Shown here: piece by piece, positions 8,912 to 17,968 of the stretch
Position numbering within the stretch: the stretch's first letter is position 1
Layout: the number at the start of each line of letters is the position of its first letter
DNA from: Clostridia bacterium
GTDB taxonomy: Bacteria; Bacillota; Clostridia; Oscillospirales; CAG-272
Reading direction: 5' to 3'
Assembly (NCBI GenBank): GCA_017612655.1
Contig: JAGAFM010000047.1
Span: forward strand, 10,478-74,477
Length of the DNA stretch: 64,000 nt
Made by a program: the position numbers and the translations under genes
The notes under the pieces: generated by a model
Seen by the model: only the letters and a program-made list of their open reading frames with translations
Told to the model about the DNA's origin: nothing
The model's database searches: none

Positions 8912-11900
8912 TTATTTCACAATGACGTTGTCCTTGCCCAGGAGTTCGATCAGAAGTCCCAGAACAAAAGGAGTCAGCCGAATTCCTCTGCACAGATCTT
9001 TTCGGTACTTCGCCTCCGCTGTTCCGTAAAATACGACAGGAAGGGGTCCCTCAAAAATCTCCGCAAGATTCTTTGCCTTTCGAAATCCCTCGTCCGTTTC
9101 CGTATTCCCTACCCTCAGATACAGAATTCTCGGATTTTCCGGAAAAGGGGGTTCGTTTTCTGCCGGAGCGGCGGGAGGCTCCGTTTCGCTGCGAACGGGA
9201 GTATCAGCTTCTCCCTCGATATTTCGCAGGGAAGACAGTTCCGAAGCCAGCAGTCTCGGGTTCTCGTCTTCTTTCGCCTGGATTTCTCCGACAATGAGGA
9301 TAGGAGAATCCGGAAACAGGAGGGCGGAAGACGACGCAAACAGCTTCGGGAAGATCACGACTTCCATGGACGCAAACCGGTCTTCTACGGTGAGGAATGC
9401 CATCTCCTCTCCCTTTTTCGTGACCTTTCGATTCAATCCCGTCACGATTCCGGCCACGGTAACCCTCTGGCCGTCCGAGAATCGGCTTCCCAGATCGGAA
9501 GGAGATTCTTCCGTTCCCTCCTCGGACTCCTCGGAGAATGAGGCAAGCAGTTCCCCGACGGTTACGGGGTGGATCCGGTTCAGAACGTCCGCGTATTCGT
9601 CCATCGGATGACCGGAGAAATACTGTCCGGTCATTTCCTTTTCCATGCGGAGAAGCTGGTTTACGGGCAGTTCGGGAACATCCGGATAAGAATACCCTCC
9701 CATTCCGGTATCAGAATGCGCAGCATCCGTTTCCTCCGAAAAGGCGGAGAACAGATCCATCTGACCGGAGGCTGCCTTTTTGGCCAGTCCCGCATGGTCC
9801 TCGATGATCTTTTCATACGAAAGAAGCAACTGGCTTCTGCGCAGGTTCATCGAATCGAATGCGCCTGCCTTGATCAAGGCCTCAACCTGCTGCTTGGAGC
9901 AGTCCCATCTGCTCATCCGGGAGATGAAGTCCTCAAAATCGGCAAACGGGCCGCGGGTTTTCCGTTCTTCCATCAGCTCTTCGACAAATCGGAGACCGAT
10001 TTTCCGAACGGCGAGCAGTCCGAACCGGATGGAGGCTTTTCCGTTCCGATCCGTCACGTGATAATACTCTGCGCTTTCATTGACATCCGGAGGAAGAATC
10101 GGGATCCCGTTTCGGGAAGCCTCTTCGATGTACTCCGCGGTCTTGGCTTGATAACCGGACACGGAAGTCAGAAGAGCGGAATAATAGGCACCCGGGTAAT
10201 GGGTTTTCAGAAAGGCGGTTCGGTAGGATGTCAGCGCATAGGCGGTCGCATGGCTTTTGTTAAACGCATACTTCGCAAATGACGCCATGTCATCGTAGAG
10301 TTTGTTTGCGACCTCCTCGGAAATCCCAAGGGATACAGCTCCAGGTATTTCGACGTTCCCGTTCTCGTCCCGTTTTCCGAAGACAAAGAACCGGCGCTCC
10401 TCCTCCATGATCTTCGTTTTCTTTTTGGCCATCGCCCGCCGAACGAGATCCGCGCGGGCATAGGAGTAACCGGCCAGTGTTCTGCAGATTTCCATAACCT
10501 GCTCCTGGTACACGATGCATCCGAAGGTCACATCAAGAATTCCGGAGAGCAGCGGTGTCGGGTAGTGGATCCGGGAGGGGTCGTGACTGTTCTCAAGAAA
10601 AGTCGGGATAGAATCCATCGGGCCGGGCCGGTAGAGAGAAATCGCGGCGATGATCATTTCCAGATTGGAAGGCTGAAGGTTGGAGAGCATGGATCTCATC
10701 CCGCGGGATTCCAGCTGGAAGACGCCTACGGTATCTCCGCGGGAAATGGCCGCGTAAGTTTTCTGGTCGTCCAGCGGAACTTCGGAAATCCGGAAATCCG
10801 GGACGGTATCCCGAATCTGATTTTCGGCATCTTCCATAATCGTGAGAAAACGCAAACCGAGGAAATCAATCTTCAGAAGGCCGAGTGCGGCAATGGTATC
10901 CATGTCGTACTGCGTCACCGGCGCTCCGGAGTTTTCCGCCAGCGGAACATAATCGGTAACCGGCCTGTCCGTGATGACAACTCCCGCGGCGTGGGTCGAG
11001 GCGTGACGCGGCATCCCTTCGATGGCAAGAGCGATCTCGATCAGATTCCTGACCTCTTCTTCCTCCTCTATCATCCGTTTCAGCTCCGGGTTGTCCTTCG
11101 CTTCGCCCAGCGTAATCCCGGGCCCAAGCGGAATTGCCTTCGCGACGGCATCCACTTTGGCATAAGACATTCCCAAAACTCTTCCGGCATCGCGGACCGA
11201 AGAACGGGCGGCGAAGGTTCCGAACGTGATTATCTGGGCAACGTGATCCTCGCCGTAGCGCCGTCTGACGTAGGAGATGACCTCGCCTCTTCTACGATCG
11301 CAGAAATCGATATCGAAATCGGGCATGCTGATCCGTTCCGGATTCAGAAACCGTTCAAACATCAGCTGGAAGCGAATCGAATCAACCTCCGTAATTCCGA
11401 TCAGATACGCAACAAGACTTCCCGCCCCGGATCCTCTTCCGGGACCGACGGGTATTCCCTCTCCCTTTGCATAACGGATGAAGTCCCAAACGATCAGATA
11501 GTACTCGGCGTATCCCATGGAACAGATCACGGAGAGTTCATACTCAATCCGCTCCCTGTATACCGACTCGGGATACCGTTCGTCAAAAACGATTTTTCCC
11601 TCCGCGCATTTTTCGGAGAATCCCTCCTCGGCCAGACGCCTGAGATAGTCTTCGGGACGGGACCCGTCCTCCGTGCGAAAGGCAGGAAGAAACAGCTGAT
11701 CGAATGTGAAATCAAACCGGCAGCGCTGCGCAATCCGGGAAGTGTTCCGGAGCGCTTCGGAGTCGTCCGGGAAAAGCGCCTCCATCTCCTGCGTGGTTTT
11801 GTAGTAATACTCGTCCGTCTCAAATCCGAGCGGTCTCCCGTCCGCCAGAACGGAACCGGTCTGGATGCACATCAAAACGGCCTGCGTCCCCGCATCCTTG

Positions 11901-12550
11901 CGTTTCGGATAATGCGCATCGTTCGTCACGACCATGGGGATTCCGAGTTCCCCGGAAAGCAGGCGGATTCCCCGGTTGACCAGACGGTCCTCCGCGCTTC
12001 CGTGATCCTGCATCTCCAGGAAGAAATTCCCGTCGCCGAACACGCGGTTCGACCAGAGCGCGACCCGCTTTGCTTCCTCATAATCCCCGCGCACCAGAGC
12101 TCTCGGGATTTCCCCTCCCAGGCATCCGGAGAGACAGATCAGCCCCTCGTGCCGCTCTTCCAGCAGGGATCGGTCGATCCTCGGTCTCCCGTAAAAACCG
12201 TCCAGAAATCCCCGGGACACCAGATATGTCAGGTTCCGGTACCCCGTTTCATTTTCGCAGAGGAGCACGAGGTGAGTGTAAGAAATCCCGCCTACCTGCC
12301 CCCGGTCCAGTCTGGACCCGGGAGCGACATAAACCTCGCACCCGATAATGGGACGGATCCCTGCCTCTTTGCAGGCCCGGTAAAACGCGACGGCACCGAA
12401 CATGTTGCCGTGATCGGTCAGAGCAACGGCGGTGTGTCCTGCCTCTTTTGCCAGCTTCGGGAGATCGGAAATCCGGATCGCGCCGTCCAGAAGACTGTAC
12501 TCGCTGTGCAGGTGGAGATGGACAAATTCAGACGGATCCAGATGTTCCAT
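8912..12550 (-). CDS. dnaE: DNA polymerase III alpha subunit
   Basis: 1212-aa ORF with an N-terminal PHP domain (HLHLHSEYSLLDGA), polymerase core motifs (PDFDIDF) and an OB-fold region. The GGGAAGGA RBS lies upstream. Confidence 0.95.
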   Translation of the reverse strand: MEHLDPSEFVHLHLHSEYSLLDGAIRISDLPKLAKEAGHTAVALTDHGNMFGAVAFYRACKEAGIRPIIGCEVYVAPGSRLDRGQVGGISYTHLVLLCENETGYRNLTYLVSRGFLDGFYGRPRIDRSLLEERHEGLICLSGCLGGEIPRALVRGDYEEAKRVALWSNRVFGDGNFFLEMQDHGSAEDRLVNRGIRLLSGELGIPMVVTNDAHYPKRKDAGTQAVLMCIQTGSVLADGRPLGFETDEYYYKTTQEMEALFPDDSEALRNTSRIAQRCRFDFTFDQLFLPAFRTEDGSRPEDYLRRLAEEGFSEKCAEGKIVFDERYPESVYRERIEYELSVICSMGYAEYYLIVWDFIRYAKGEGIPVGPGRGSGAGSLVAYLIGITEVDSIRFQLMFERFLNPERISMPDFDIDFCDRRRGEVISYVRRRYGEDHVAQIITFGTFAARSSVRDAGRVLGMSYAKVDAVAKAIPLGPGITLGEAKDNPELKRMIEEEEEVRNLIEIALAIEGMPRHASTHAAGVVITDRPVTDYVPLAENSGAPVTQYDMDTIAALGLLKIDFLGLRFLTIMEDAENQIRDTVPDFRISEVPLDDQKTYAAISRGDTVGVFQLESRGMRSMLSNLQPSNLEMIIAAISLYRPGPMDSIPTFLENSHDPSRIHYPTPLLSGILDVTFGCIVYQEQVMEICRTLAGYSYARADLVRRAMAKKKTKIMEEERRFFVFGKRDENGNVEIPGAVSLGISEEVANKLYDDMASFAKYAFNKSHATAYALTSYRTAFLKTHYPGAYYSALLTSVSGYQAKTAEYIEEASRNGIPILPPDVNESAEYYHVTDRNGKASIRFGLLAVRKIGLRFVEELMEERKTRGPFADFEDFISRMSRWDCSKQQVEALIKAGAFDSMNLRRSQLLLSYEKIIEDHAGLAKKAASGQMDLFSAFSEETDAAHSDTGMGGYSYPDVPELPVNQLLRMEKEMTGQYFSGHPMDEYADVLNRIHPVTVGELLASFSEESEEGTEESPSDLGSRFSDGQRVTVAGIVTGLNRKVTKKGEEMAFLTVEDRFASMEVVIFPKLFASSSALLFPDSPILIVGEIQAKEDENPRLLASELSSLRNIEGEADTPVRSETEPPAAPAENEPPFPENPRILYLRVGNTETDEGFRKAKNLAEIFEGPLPVVFYGTAEAKYRKDLCRGIRLTPFVLGLLIELLGKDNVIVK

Positions 12551-12606
12551 TCCTTCCCGTTCTCCTTCCCGCCGTTTTTTATGCAGATGTGTAACGTTTT
12601 ACATAA

Positions 12607-13500
12607 TCAGACTTTCGACTGTTTCTGTTTCCGGAGGCTGTTCGAATAATCAAGAATTTTGCAGAGACGATGGTTCATTCCCGATTTGGTGAGAGGGGGA
12701 TTGTGCAGTTCCGCCAGCAGGCGAAGGGGCAGATCCGGGTTCTCATCTCGAAGAACCGCCGTCAGGCGAAGTTCCTCAGGGAGCTGATTGAGTAGTCCGT
12801 TCTCTCGAAGATACCGGATGGCTTCGAGCTGTGCAGCGGCAGCTCCCGCTGATTTTCCGATATTCGCCATCTCGCAGTTGGAAAGACGGTTTGCGCTGTT
12901 TCGAAGATCCTTGTAAATCTTCGCGTTCATGATTTCCAGGGAAGATTTTGTTGCGCCGAGGTAGGTCAGGACATCTTCGATGGATTCGCTCCCTTTGTAA
13001 TAGAGGACGGTCTCCCCGCGCCGGACGCTCTGTCTGGGGGCGAGCCCCTGCTTCTCAAGAAGCGCGCTGACCGTCTTCGCGGTTTTCTCATCCAGGGAAA
13101 AATCCAGGTGATAGGAGGAACGGGGATCCGAAACGCTCCCGGACACCAGAAAAACGCCGCGCAGAAAACTCGGAATGCAGTTCTGGCATCGGAAACCTTC
13201 CTCCGGAGAGAAAAGGGTCCGGTTTCGGGCAATCATGCCGCTGTCAAAGCGAATTGAGGAATCCGGATCCTCGCCGGATGCGGGGAGAACCGGGATCCGG
13301 TCGCGGTCTTCCTGAGTCAGGAACTCCCGCAGCAGTTCCTCCGCCAGCCTGGACACGGAACTGTTCCGGACGGAAAGAAACGCATTCTCCCCTTCCCGGA
13401 CCGTTCCCGTCAGAATGCCGGAGAGAAGCGCGCGCCTGCAGCATGCTTTTTTCAGATAGATCCCGCACAGACCCTCTTTGGTCTCGGCCGCGAAGGACAT
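12607..13500 (-). CDS. whiA: DNA-binding sporulation/cell-division regulator WhiA
   Basis: The ORF track extends to 13617 and would overlap murB. The ATG at 13500 (MSFAAETKEGL...) matches the canonical WhiA N-terminus and has an AAGGGGA RBS. A C-terminal HTH region is present. Confidence 0.9.
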   Translation of the reverse strand: MSFAAETKEGLCGIYLKKACCRRALLSGILTGTVREGENAFLSVRNSSVSRLAEELLREFLTQEDRDRIPVLPASGEDPDSSIRFDSGMIARNRTLFSPEEGFRCQNCIPSFLRGVFLVSGSVSDPRSSYHLDFSLDEKTAKTVSALLEKQGLAPRQSVRRGETVLYYKGSESIEDVLTYLGATKSSLEIMNAKIYKDLRNSANRLSNCEMANIGKSAGAAAAQLEAIRYLRENGLLNQLPEELRLTAVLRDENPDLPLRLLAELHNPPLTKSGMNHRLCKILDYSNSLRKQKQSKV

Positions 13501-13530
13501 CGCTTCCCCTTCTTTCCGTCGGTCGATGGA

Positions 13531-13579
13531 TTGTATAACGTTAATAGTGTGTATCGTTATATTATTGTGTATCGTTTTA
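13531..13579 (-). promoter_or_regulatory. AT-rich direct-repeat array in the murB-whiA junction
   Basis: On the plus strand, tgtgtatcgtt occurs at 13548-13558 and again at 13566-13576 (18-bp register). A related tgtataacgtt lies at 13532-13542. The last copy overlaps the murB stop codon. See findings for related copies elsewhere. Confidence 0.45.
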
Positions 13580-14488
13580 TAGCTCCGTTTGGGGGATCGT
13601 ACGGATCTCGCAGACAATGTCGATTCCGAACCGTCTTTTGATCTCGTCCCGTATTACGGAGATCAGCTGCCGCACTTCCGCGGAGGTGGCATGTCCCCGA
13701 TTGACGATGAACCCCGCGTGCTTTTCGCTGACCTGCGCATCCCCGATCTGAAACCCCCGGAGCCCCGCCTCATCGATCAGTTTCGAGGTATAGGTTCCCG
13801 GATAGCGCCGGAACACGCTTCCGGCGCTCGGATACTCCAGCGGCTGCTTGTCTTTCCTTCTTTGCAAGTAGTCTTTCATCTCTTCCCGAATCTTCTCCGG
13901 ATTCCCCGGAGAAAGGCGGAAATCCGCCCCGAGGATGATCAGATTTCGTTTCTGAAAGACGGAGGAACGGTAGCCGAATTCACAGGCTTCCCGCGAGAGA
14001 GTCAGTCTGGTACCTTCGACGGGATCGTAACAGAAAACCGAAGTAACCACGTCCGCGGTTTCTCCGCCGTAGGCACCCGCATTCATCAGCAGTGCGCCCC
14101 CGACAGTCCCAGGGATTCCGTAGGCAAAGGAAAAGCCGGAAAGGCCGGCGTTGCAGACGGTCACGGCAAGACCGGTAAGGGAAACTCCGGCGGACGCATG
14201 GACTCCTGTTCCGTTCACGCGGCATTCGGTACAGTTTTCGGTGGAAAGGACACAACCGCGGAACCCGTCGTCATCTGCCAGAAGATTGGAACCTTTTCCG
14301 ATGACAAAGAAAGGAATTTCGTTGGCCGTGCAGATTTCGGCGGCGAGGCAGATGCCGTCCTCGGAATCCGGCGTCACCCAGAGATCGGCTTTTCCGCCGA
14401 TCCGAAACGACGTCCGCTCGGCAAGAGAAACATCCCTTTCCGTTCGGAGAGACGCGTCCTGGAAAGCCTGCAAAGCAGATGCGATCAA
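13577..14488 (-). CDS. murB: UDP-N-acetylenolpyruvoylglucosamine reductase
   Basis: MurB FAD-binding and C-terminal domains are present (RTSFRIGGKADLW, GYRSS, SAGSVFR). The ORF track extends to 14650, but that extra N-terminus is basic junk. A TTG at 14488 preceded by GGAAGGAG gives a ~303-aa MurB, so the start is uncertain. Confidence 0.88.
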   Translation of the reverse strand: MIASALQAFQDASLRTERDVSLAERTSFRIGGKADLWVTPDSEDGICLAAEICTANEIPFFVIGKGSNLLADDDGFRGCVLSTENCTECRVNGTGVHASAGVSLTGLAVTVCNAGLSGFSFAYGIPGTVGGALLMNAGAYGGETADVVTSVFCYDPVEGTRLTLSREACEFGYRSSVFQKRNLIILGADFRLSPGNPEKIREEMKDYLQRRKDKQPLEYPSAGSVFRRYPGTYTSKLIDEAGLRGFQIGDAQVSEKHAGFIVNRGHATSAEVRQLISVIRDEIKRRFGIDIVCEIRTIPQTEL

Positions 14489-14741
14489 GGTACTCCTTCC
14501 TTTCCGCCGTGCCCTTTTGCGCACAGGCTGTTTTCCCGGGAAAACTGCCGGTGAGTCTTCCCCCGGGTATTTTCCGCCCCGTTTTCGTCGAATTGCGGAA
14601 TTTCTTCCTTTATTATAGCAGAAAACCGGTCGCCCGTCACCAGTTTTCATAAAAATTCACTGATTGTTTCCACCAATGACAAAGAGAACAAACGATTTGT
14701 GAAACGCTTCCGTATATCGCTATACTATTCGGTTTAACGTT

Positions 14742-15932
14742 TTACTTTCTCCTTTTCTGGGTTTTCGATCTGTACCAGAGCGTCACCGCGGAATACACCT
14801 GTTTTTCCAGAAGAGCCTTCGCGCGAAGAAATGCATCCTTCTTTCCCATCGGTCGGTCGGAGATCGAGAACATCCCGATCATTCCCCTGTCGTAGAGTCC
14901 CCAGGCGCCATCTTCCAGAATTCCGCAGAATCCGATGACCGGAACCCCAAAGCGCTCCGCCCGGGACAGGAGACCTGCGACAGCCTTTCCGTGCACCGTC
15001 TGGATGTCCATTTTCCCCTCTCCGGTCAGCAGAAGGTCCGCCTTGCGGAGAATGTCGTCCGCTTTAGCCGCATCCAGAACGGCGTCGATTCCGCTTTTCA
15101 GCTCTCCGCCGAGAAAGGCCCGAACGCCGAATCCTGTGCCGCCGGCCGCCCCGACTCCCGGCTGTTCCCGACAATCCTGCATGCCGGTTTCCGTGAGGAT
15201 CTGAGCCAGATGGGCAAGCCCCTCGTCCATTTTCGGAATCTGTTCCGGTATCGCCCCCTTCTGGGGACCAAACACCGCTGCGGCCCCGCTCGGACCGCAC
15301 AGCGGATTATCCACGTCGCAGCAGGCGGTAAAAGCAGAGTTGCGCAGACGCGGATCAGCCTCGTCCGTTCGAATGCTTCCGAGTTCGGGCAGATCAGATC
15401 CCTTCGGGAAGGGAATGAAGTTGCCCTGACGGTCGTAGAAACGGTATCCGAGCGCCGCCGCCATTCCGATTCCCCCGTCGTGAGTTGCGGAGCCGCCAAG
15501 TCCGAGAAGAAACCGCCTGCATCCGAGATCCAGTCCGGCCCGAATCATCTGCCCAGTTCCATAAGTGGACGCGCTCATCGGATCCCTGCGGTCTTCCGGA
15601 ACCAGGGACAGTCCTGACGCCGCGCACATTTCCAAGACACAAGTCCTGACTCCGTCCTCCCCGGAAAGAACGGCAAACGACGCCTCGATTGATTCTTTTC
15701 CCGGAATTCCCAGTGGAGGTGTAACGCTACACGTATAACGTTTTCTGCCAGTGCCGCAGGCAGCCAAAATCGCCTCGACCGTGCCCTCGCCTCCGTCTGC
15801 ACAGGGAAGAATCACTACTTCCGCCTCCGGAAGAGCTCGCCTGACGCCCTTCTCTGCCGCCTCGGACGCCTCGGCCTGCGTCAGCGATCCCCGGAACTTG
15901 TCAAAAGCCAGAACCAGCAGAGGATGTTCCAC
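14742..15932 (-). CDS. glxK: Glycerate kinase
   Basis: 396-aa ORF with a glycerate kinase family signature along its full length (FDKFRGSLTQAEA..., ADLLLTGEGKMD). Confidence 0.88.
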   Translation of the reverse strand: MEHPLLVLAFDKFRGSLTQAEASEAAEKGVRRALPEAEVVILPCADGGEGTVEAILAACGTGRKRYTCSVTPPLGIPGKESIEASFAVLSGEDGVRTCVLEMCAASGLSLVPEDRRDPMSASTYGTGQMIRAGLDLGCRRFLLGLGGSATHDGGIGMAAALGYRFYDRQGNFIPFPKGSDLPELGSIRTDEADPRLRNSAFTACCDVDNPLCGPSGAAAVFGPQKGAIPEQIPKMDEGLAHLAQILTETGMQDCREQPGVGAAGGTGFGVRAFLGGELKSGIDAVLDAAKADDILRKADLLLTGEGKMDIQTVHGKAVAGLLSRAERFGVPVIGFCGILEDGAWGLYDRGMIGMFSISDRPMGKKDAFLRAKALLEKQVYSAVTLWYRSKTQKRRK

Positions 15933-17256
15933 GGCGCTTCCCTCCTTTGACCGTTGATTCGTCCGGGAGAGAGAATGCGCGTCTCACTGCTCCCGCAACA
16001 TAGAGAGATCCGAAACAGATCACCGGAATGAGGCCGGTTCGGTTTCGTCTTTTCAAATCAGACAGCGCGTCCCGAACGGATGGGAATCCGCTCGCCTCCG
16101 TCCCTTTTTCGCGAAAAAGCTCCGCAAGTTCCTCCCCCGTCATGGCGCGCGGAGAAGGAGGGGTGACGCAGGCCGCAAAACAGACGCGGGAAAGAGGAAG
16201 ACAGTCCAGGCAATCCGCTGGGCTTTTGTCCCGAAGCATCCCGCAAAGAAACAGGACGGGCTGATCCTGACAGTAATAGTCCAGATTCTCGCGGAGTGCG
16301 CGAAAACCGGAAAGATTATGTGCCCCCTCCAGGATCACCGGGGGTTCGGAAGACAGCGGTTCGAATCGTGCGGGAAACGTCGTTTCAGACAGACCGGCCC
16401 GAACCGCCTTCTCTGTAACTTTTGCGCCGCAAGGAAGGGAAGCAAGAATCCTCATTGCCTCAATGGCGCAGAGTGCGTTTCCAATCTGATATAGTCCGGA
16501 AAGGCGAAGTTCATAGTCTGTTTGACGGTAGGAAAACGCCAGCCGTCCCAGTTCAGCGGAAAGAATCTTCGCTTCTGTCCGCTCCGGTCTGATCCAGTTG
16601 CTGTGCATCGCTTCACATGTGCAACGTATCACATCAAGAGCTTCTTCTGAATTATCCGGAGATATGACACAAGGACGGCCTTCCTTGACGATTCCTGCCT
16701 TCTGTGCCGCAATGTCCCGCAGGGTCGGCCCCAGCACCTCGGTATGATCGTAGTCAACCCGGGTAATGACGGAAAGCAGCGGGTCGACCACGTTCGTCGG
16801 ATCGTACTTTCCCCCGACCCCAACCTCAAGAACCAGAAAATCACACCTCTGTTCCGCAAACCAGTACAGCCCCATCGCCGTAACCAGTTCAAATTCCAGC
16901 GGGGTGCAGCCGGTTTCTTCCGTGAATCGTTCTACACATTTTTGTAACGTTTTACATATGGAGACAACCTCTCTCTTCGGAATCATCTCGCCGTTGATCT
17001 CCATCCGTTCCCGGAACTCCATGATAAACGGAGAGATAAAGCGCCCCACCCTGTAGCCGGATCGGGTAAGCGCATGCGTCAGAAAGGCGCAGACCGAACC
17101 TTTTCCGTTCGTTCCGGCGACGTGCAGAATCTTTCCCGCCAGTTCTTTATGGGGGTCTCCCAAAAGAGAGAGCAGCCGTTCCATTCGTTCCAGCGTCGGC
17201 TCTGATCGGTAACGCGGCATCCCGTGCAGCCAGGCAACCGCCTCATCGTAAGTCAT
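15901..17256 (-). CDS. folC: Bifunctional folylpolyglutamate synthase/dihydrofolate synthase
   Basis: 451-aa ORF with a Mur-ligase-type P-loop (VAGTNGKGS) and a FolC N-terminus (YDEAVAWLHG). Its 3' end overlaps the glycerate kinase start by 32 nt. Confidence 0.9.
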   Translation of the reverse strand: MTYDEAVAWLHGMPRYRSEPTLERMERLLSLLGDPHKELAGKILHVAGTNGKGSVCAFLTHALTRSGYRVGRFISPFIMEFRERMEINGEMIPKREVVSICKTLQKCVERFTEETGCTPLEFELVTAMGLYWFAEQRCDFLVLEVGVGGKYDPTNVVDPLLSVITRVDYDHTEVLGPTLRDIAAQKAGIVKEGRPCVISPDNSEEALDVIRCTCEAMHSNWIRPERTEAKILSAELGRLAFSYRQTDYELRLSGLYQIGNALCAIEAMRILASLPCGAKVTEKAVRAGLSETTFPARFEPLSSEPPVILEGAHNLSGFRALRENLDYYCQDQPVLFLCGMLRDKSPADCLDCLPLSRVCFAACVTPPSPRAMTGEELAELFREKGTEASGFPSVRDALSDLKRRNRTGLIPVICFGSLYVAGAVRRAFSLPDESTVKGGKRRGTSSAGSGF

Positions 17257-17354
17257 GGGACTTCCCCTTTCTTTTTTCGGGACCCCTTGTCTTTTCGGTC
17301 CCCGTATGGTATGCTATTCTCACCGATATCTGACGGACTCGAGGAAAGGCAGAC

Positions 17355-17963
17355 ATGCGCGAAAACAAATCGGAGATACTGGCGGAAGGAATCCTTGTCA
17401 TCCGCTCAGGTCGAAAAACCATTCGAATGGAAATCACACCCGAAGGAAGCGTCATTCTCCGCGCTCCCCTCTCGGCAGGCAGGAGCGTCCTCACCCGCTT
17501 CGTCCGCGACCACGAGGAGTGGATCCGAAAACATCAGGACCTCGTGAGGGAACGGGAGCTGAAACTCGCAACCGTCCCTGCTCTCTCGGATGCAGAGATC
17601 ATGGAGCTGGAAAGCCGCGCAAAGCGGGTCATTCCGGCAAAAGTGGAATCGATAGCCGCTGCTTTCGGTGTCTCTTACGGAAAAGTTCGGGTCAGGATCC
17701 TTCGCTCCAGATGGGGAAGCTGCTCGCAGAAAGGAGATCTTACTTTCAACAGCCTTCTTCTGCTCGCCCCTTCCGACGTTCTGGACAGCGTCATTGTTCA
17801 TGAACTCTGTCACAGAGAGGAAATGAACCACTCGCCCCGGTTCTATGCTCTTCTTTCAAGCCGTTGTCCCGGGTATGAAAAAAGCCGTCTCTGGCTCAGG
17901 CAGAACGGAAGTGCTCTTCTTCGCCGCGTCCCGAACAGGCGCGGAGAGAGAGAACCGTCCTGA
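17355..17963 (+). CDS. YgjP-like (DUF45/M48-related) metal-dependent hydrolase
   Basis: 202-aa ORF with the HELCHREEMNHSPRF zinc-binding motif near the C-terminus, typical of the YgjP/DUF45 family. Confidence 0.8.
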   Translation: MRENKSEILAEGILVIRSGRKTIRMEITPEGSVILRAPLSAGRSVLTRFVRDHEEWIRKHQDLVRERELKLATVPALSDAEIMELESRAKRVIPAKVESIAAAFGVSYGKVRVRILRSRWGSCSQKGDLTFNSLLLLAPSDVLDSVIVHELCHREEMNHSPRFYALLSSRCPGYEKSRLWLRQNGSALLRRVPNRRGEREPS

Positions 17964-17968
17964 CTGCG

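Noticed and set aside
12590-12605. Exact 16-nt repeat TGTAACGTTTTACATA shared with 16943-16958, considered as IS end or duplication scar
   Set aside because: There is no flanking similarity, no transposase and no target duplication. A single 16-mer match in 64 kb is roughly what chance allows. It is retained only as part of the broader AAAACGTTA motif observation.
10565-12649. 694-aa ORF on the plus strand, the longest unassigned ORF in the track
   Set aside because: It is entirely antisense to dnaE and in the codon-aligned frame (both coordinates are 2 mod 3). Its translation is Arg/Gly/Pro-rich and low-complexity with no motifs, whereas the minus strand encodes an unmistakable DnaE. It is a shadow ORF caused by the lack of TTA/CTA/TCA codons.
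14489-14650. N-terminal extensions of track ORFs (murB to 14650, whiA to 13617, cysK to 20891, icd to 58533, hydrolase to 25992, dCMP deaminase to 61536, rimI to 60265, SBP from 31044, SDR to 34539, proB to 4504)
   Set aside because: The extensions are basic or low-complexity. They overlap upstream genes, a tRNA, a terminator or the DnaA-box cluster. Internal starts with good RBSs give family-typical lengths. They are treated as non-coding.
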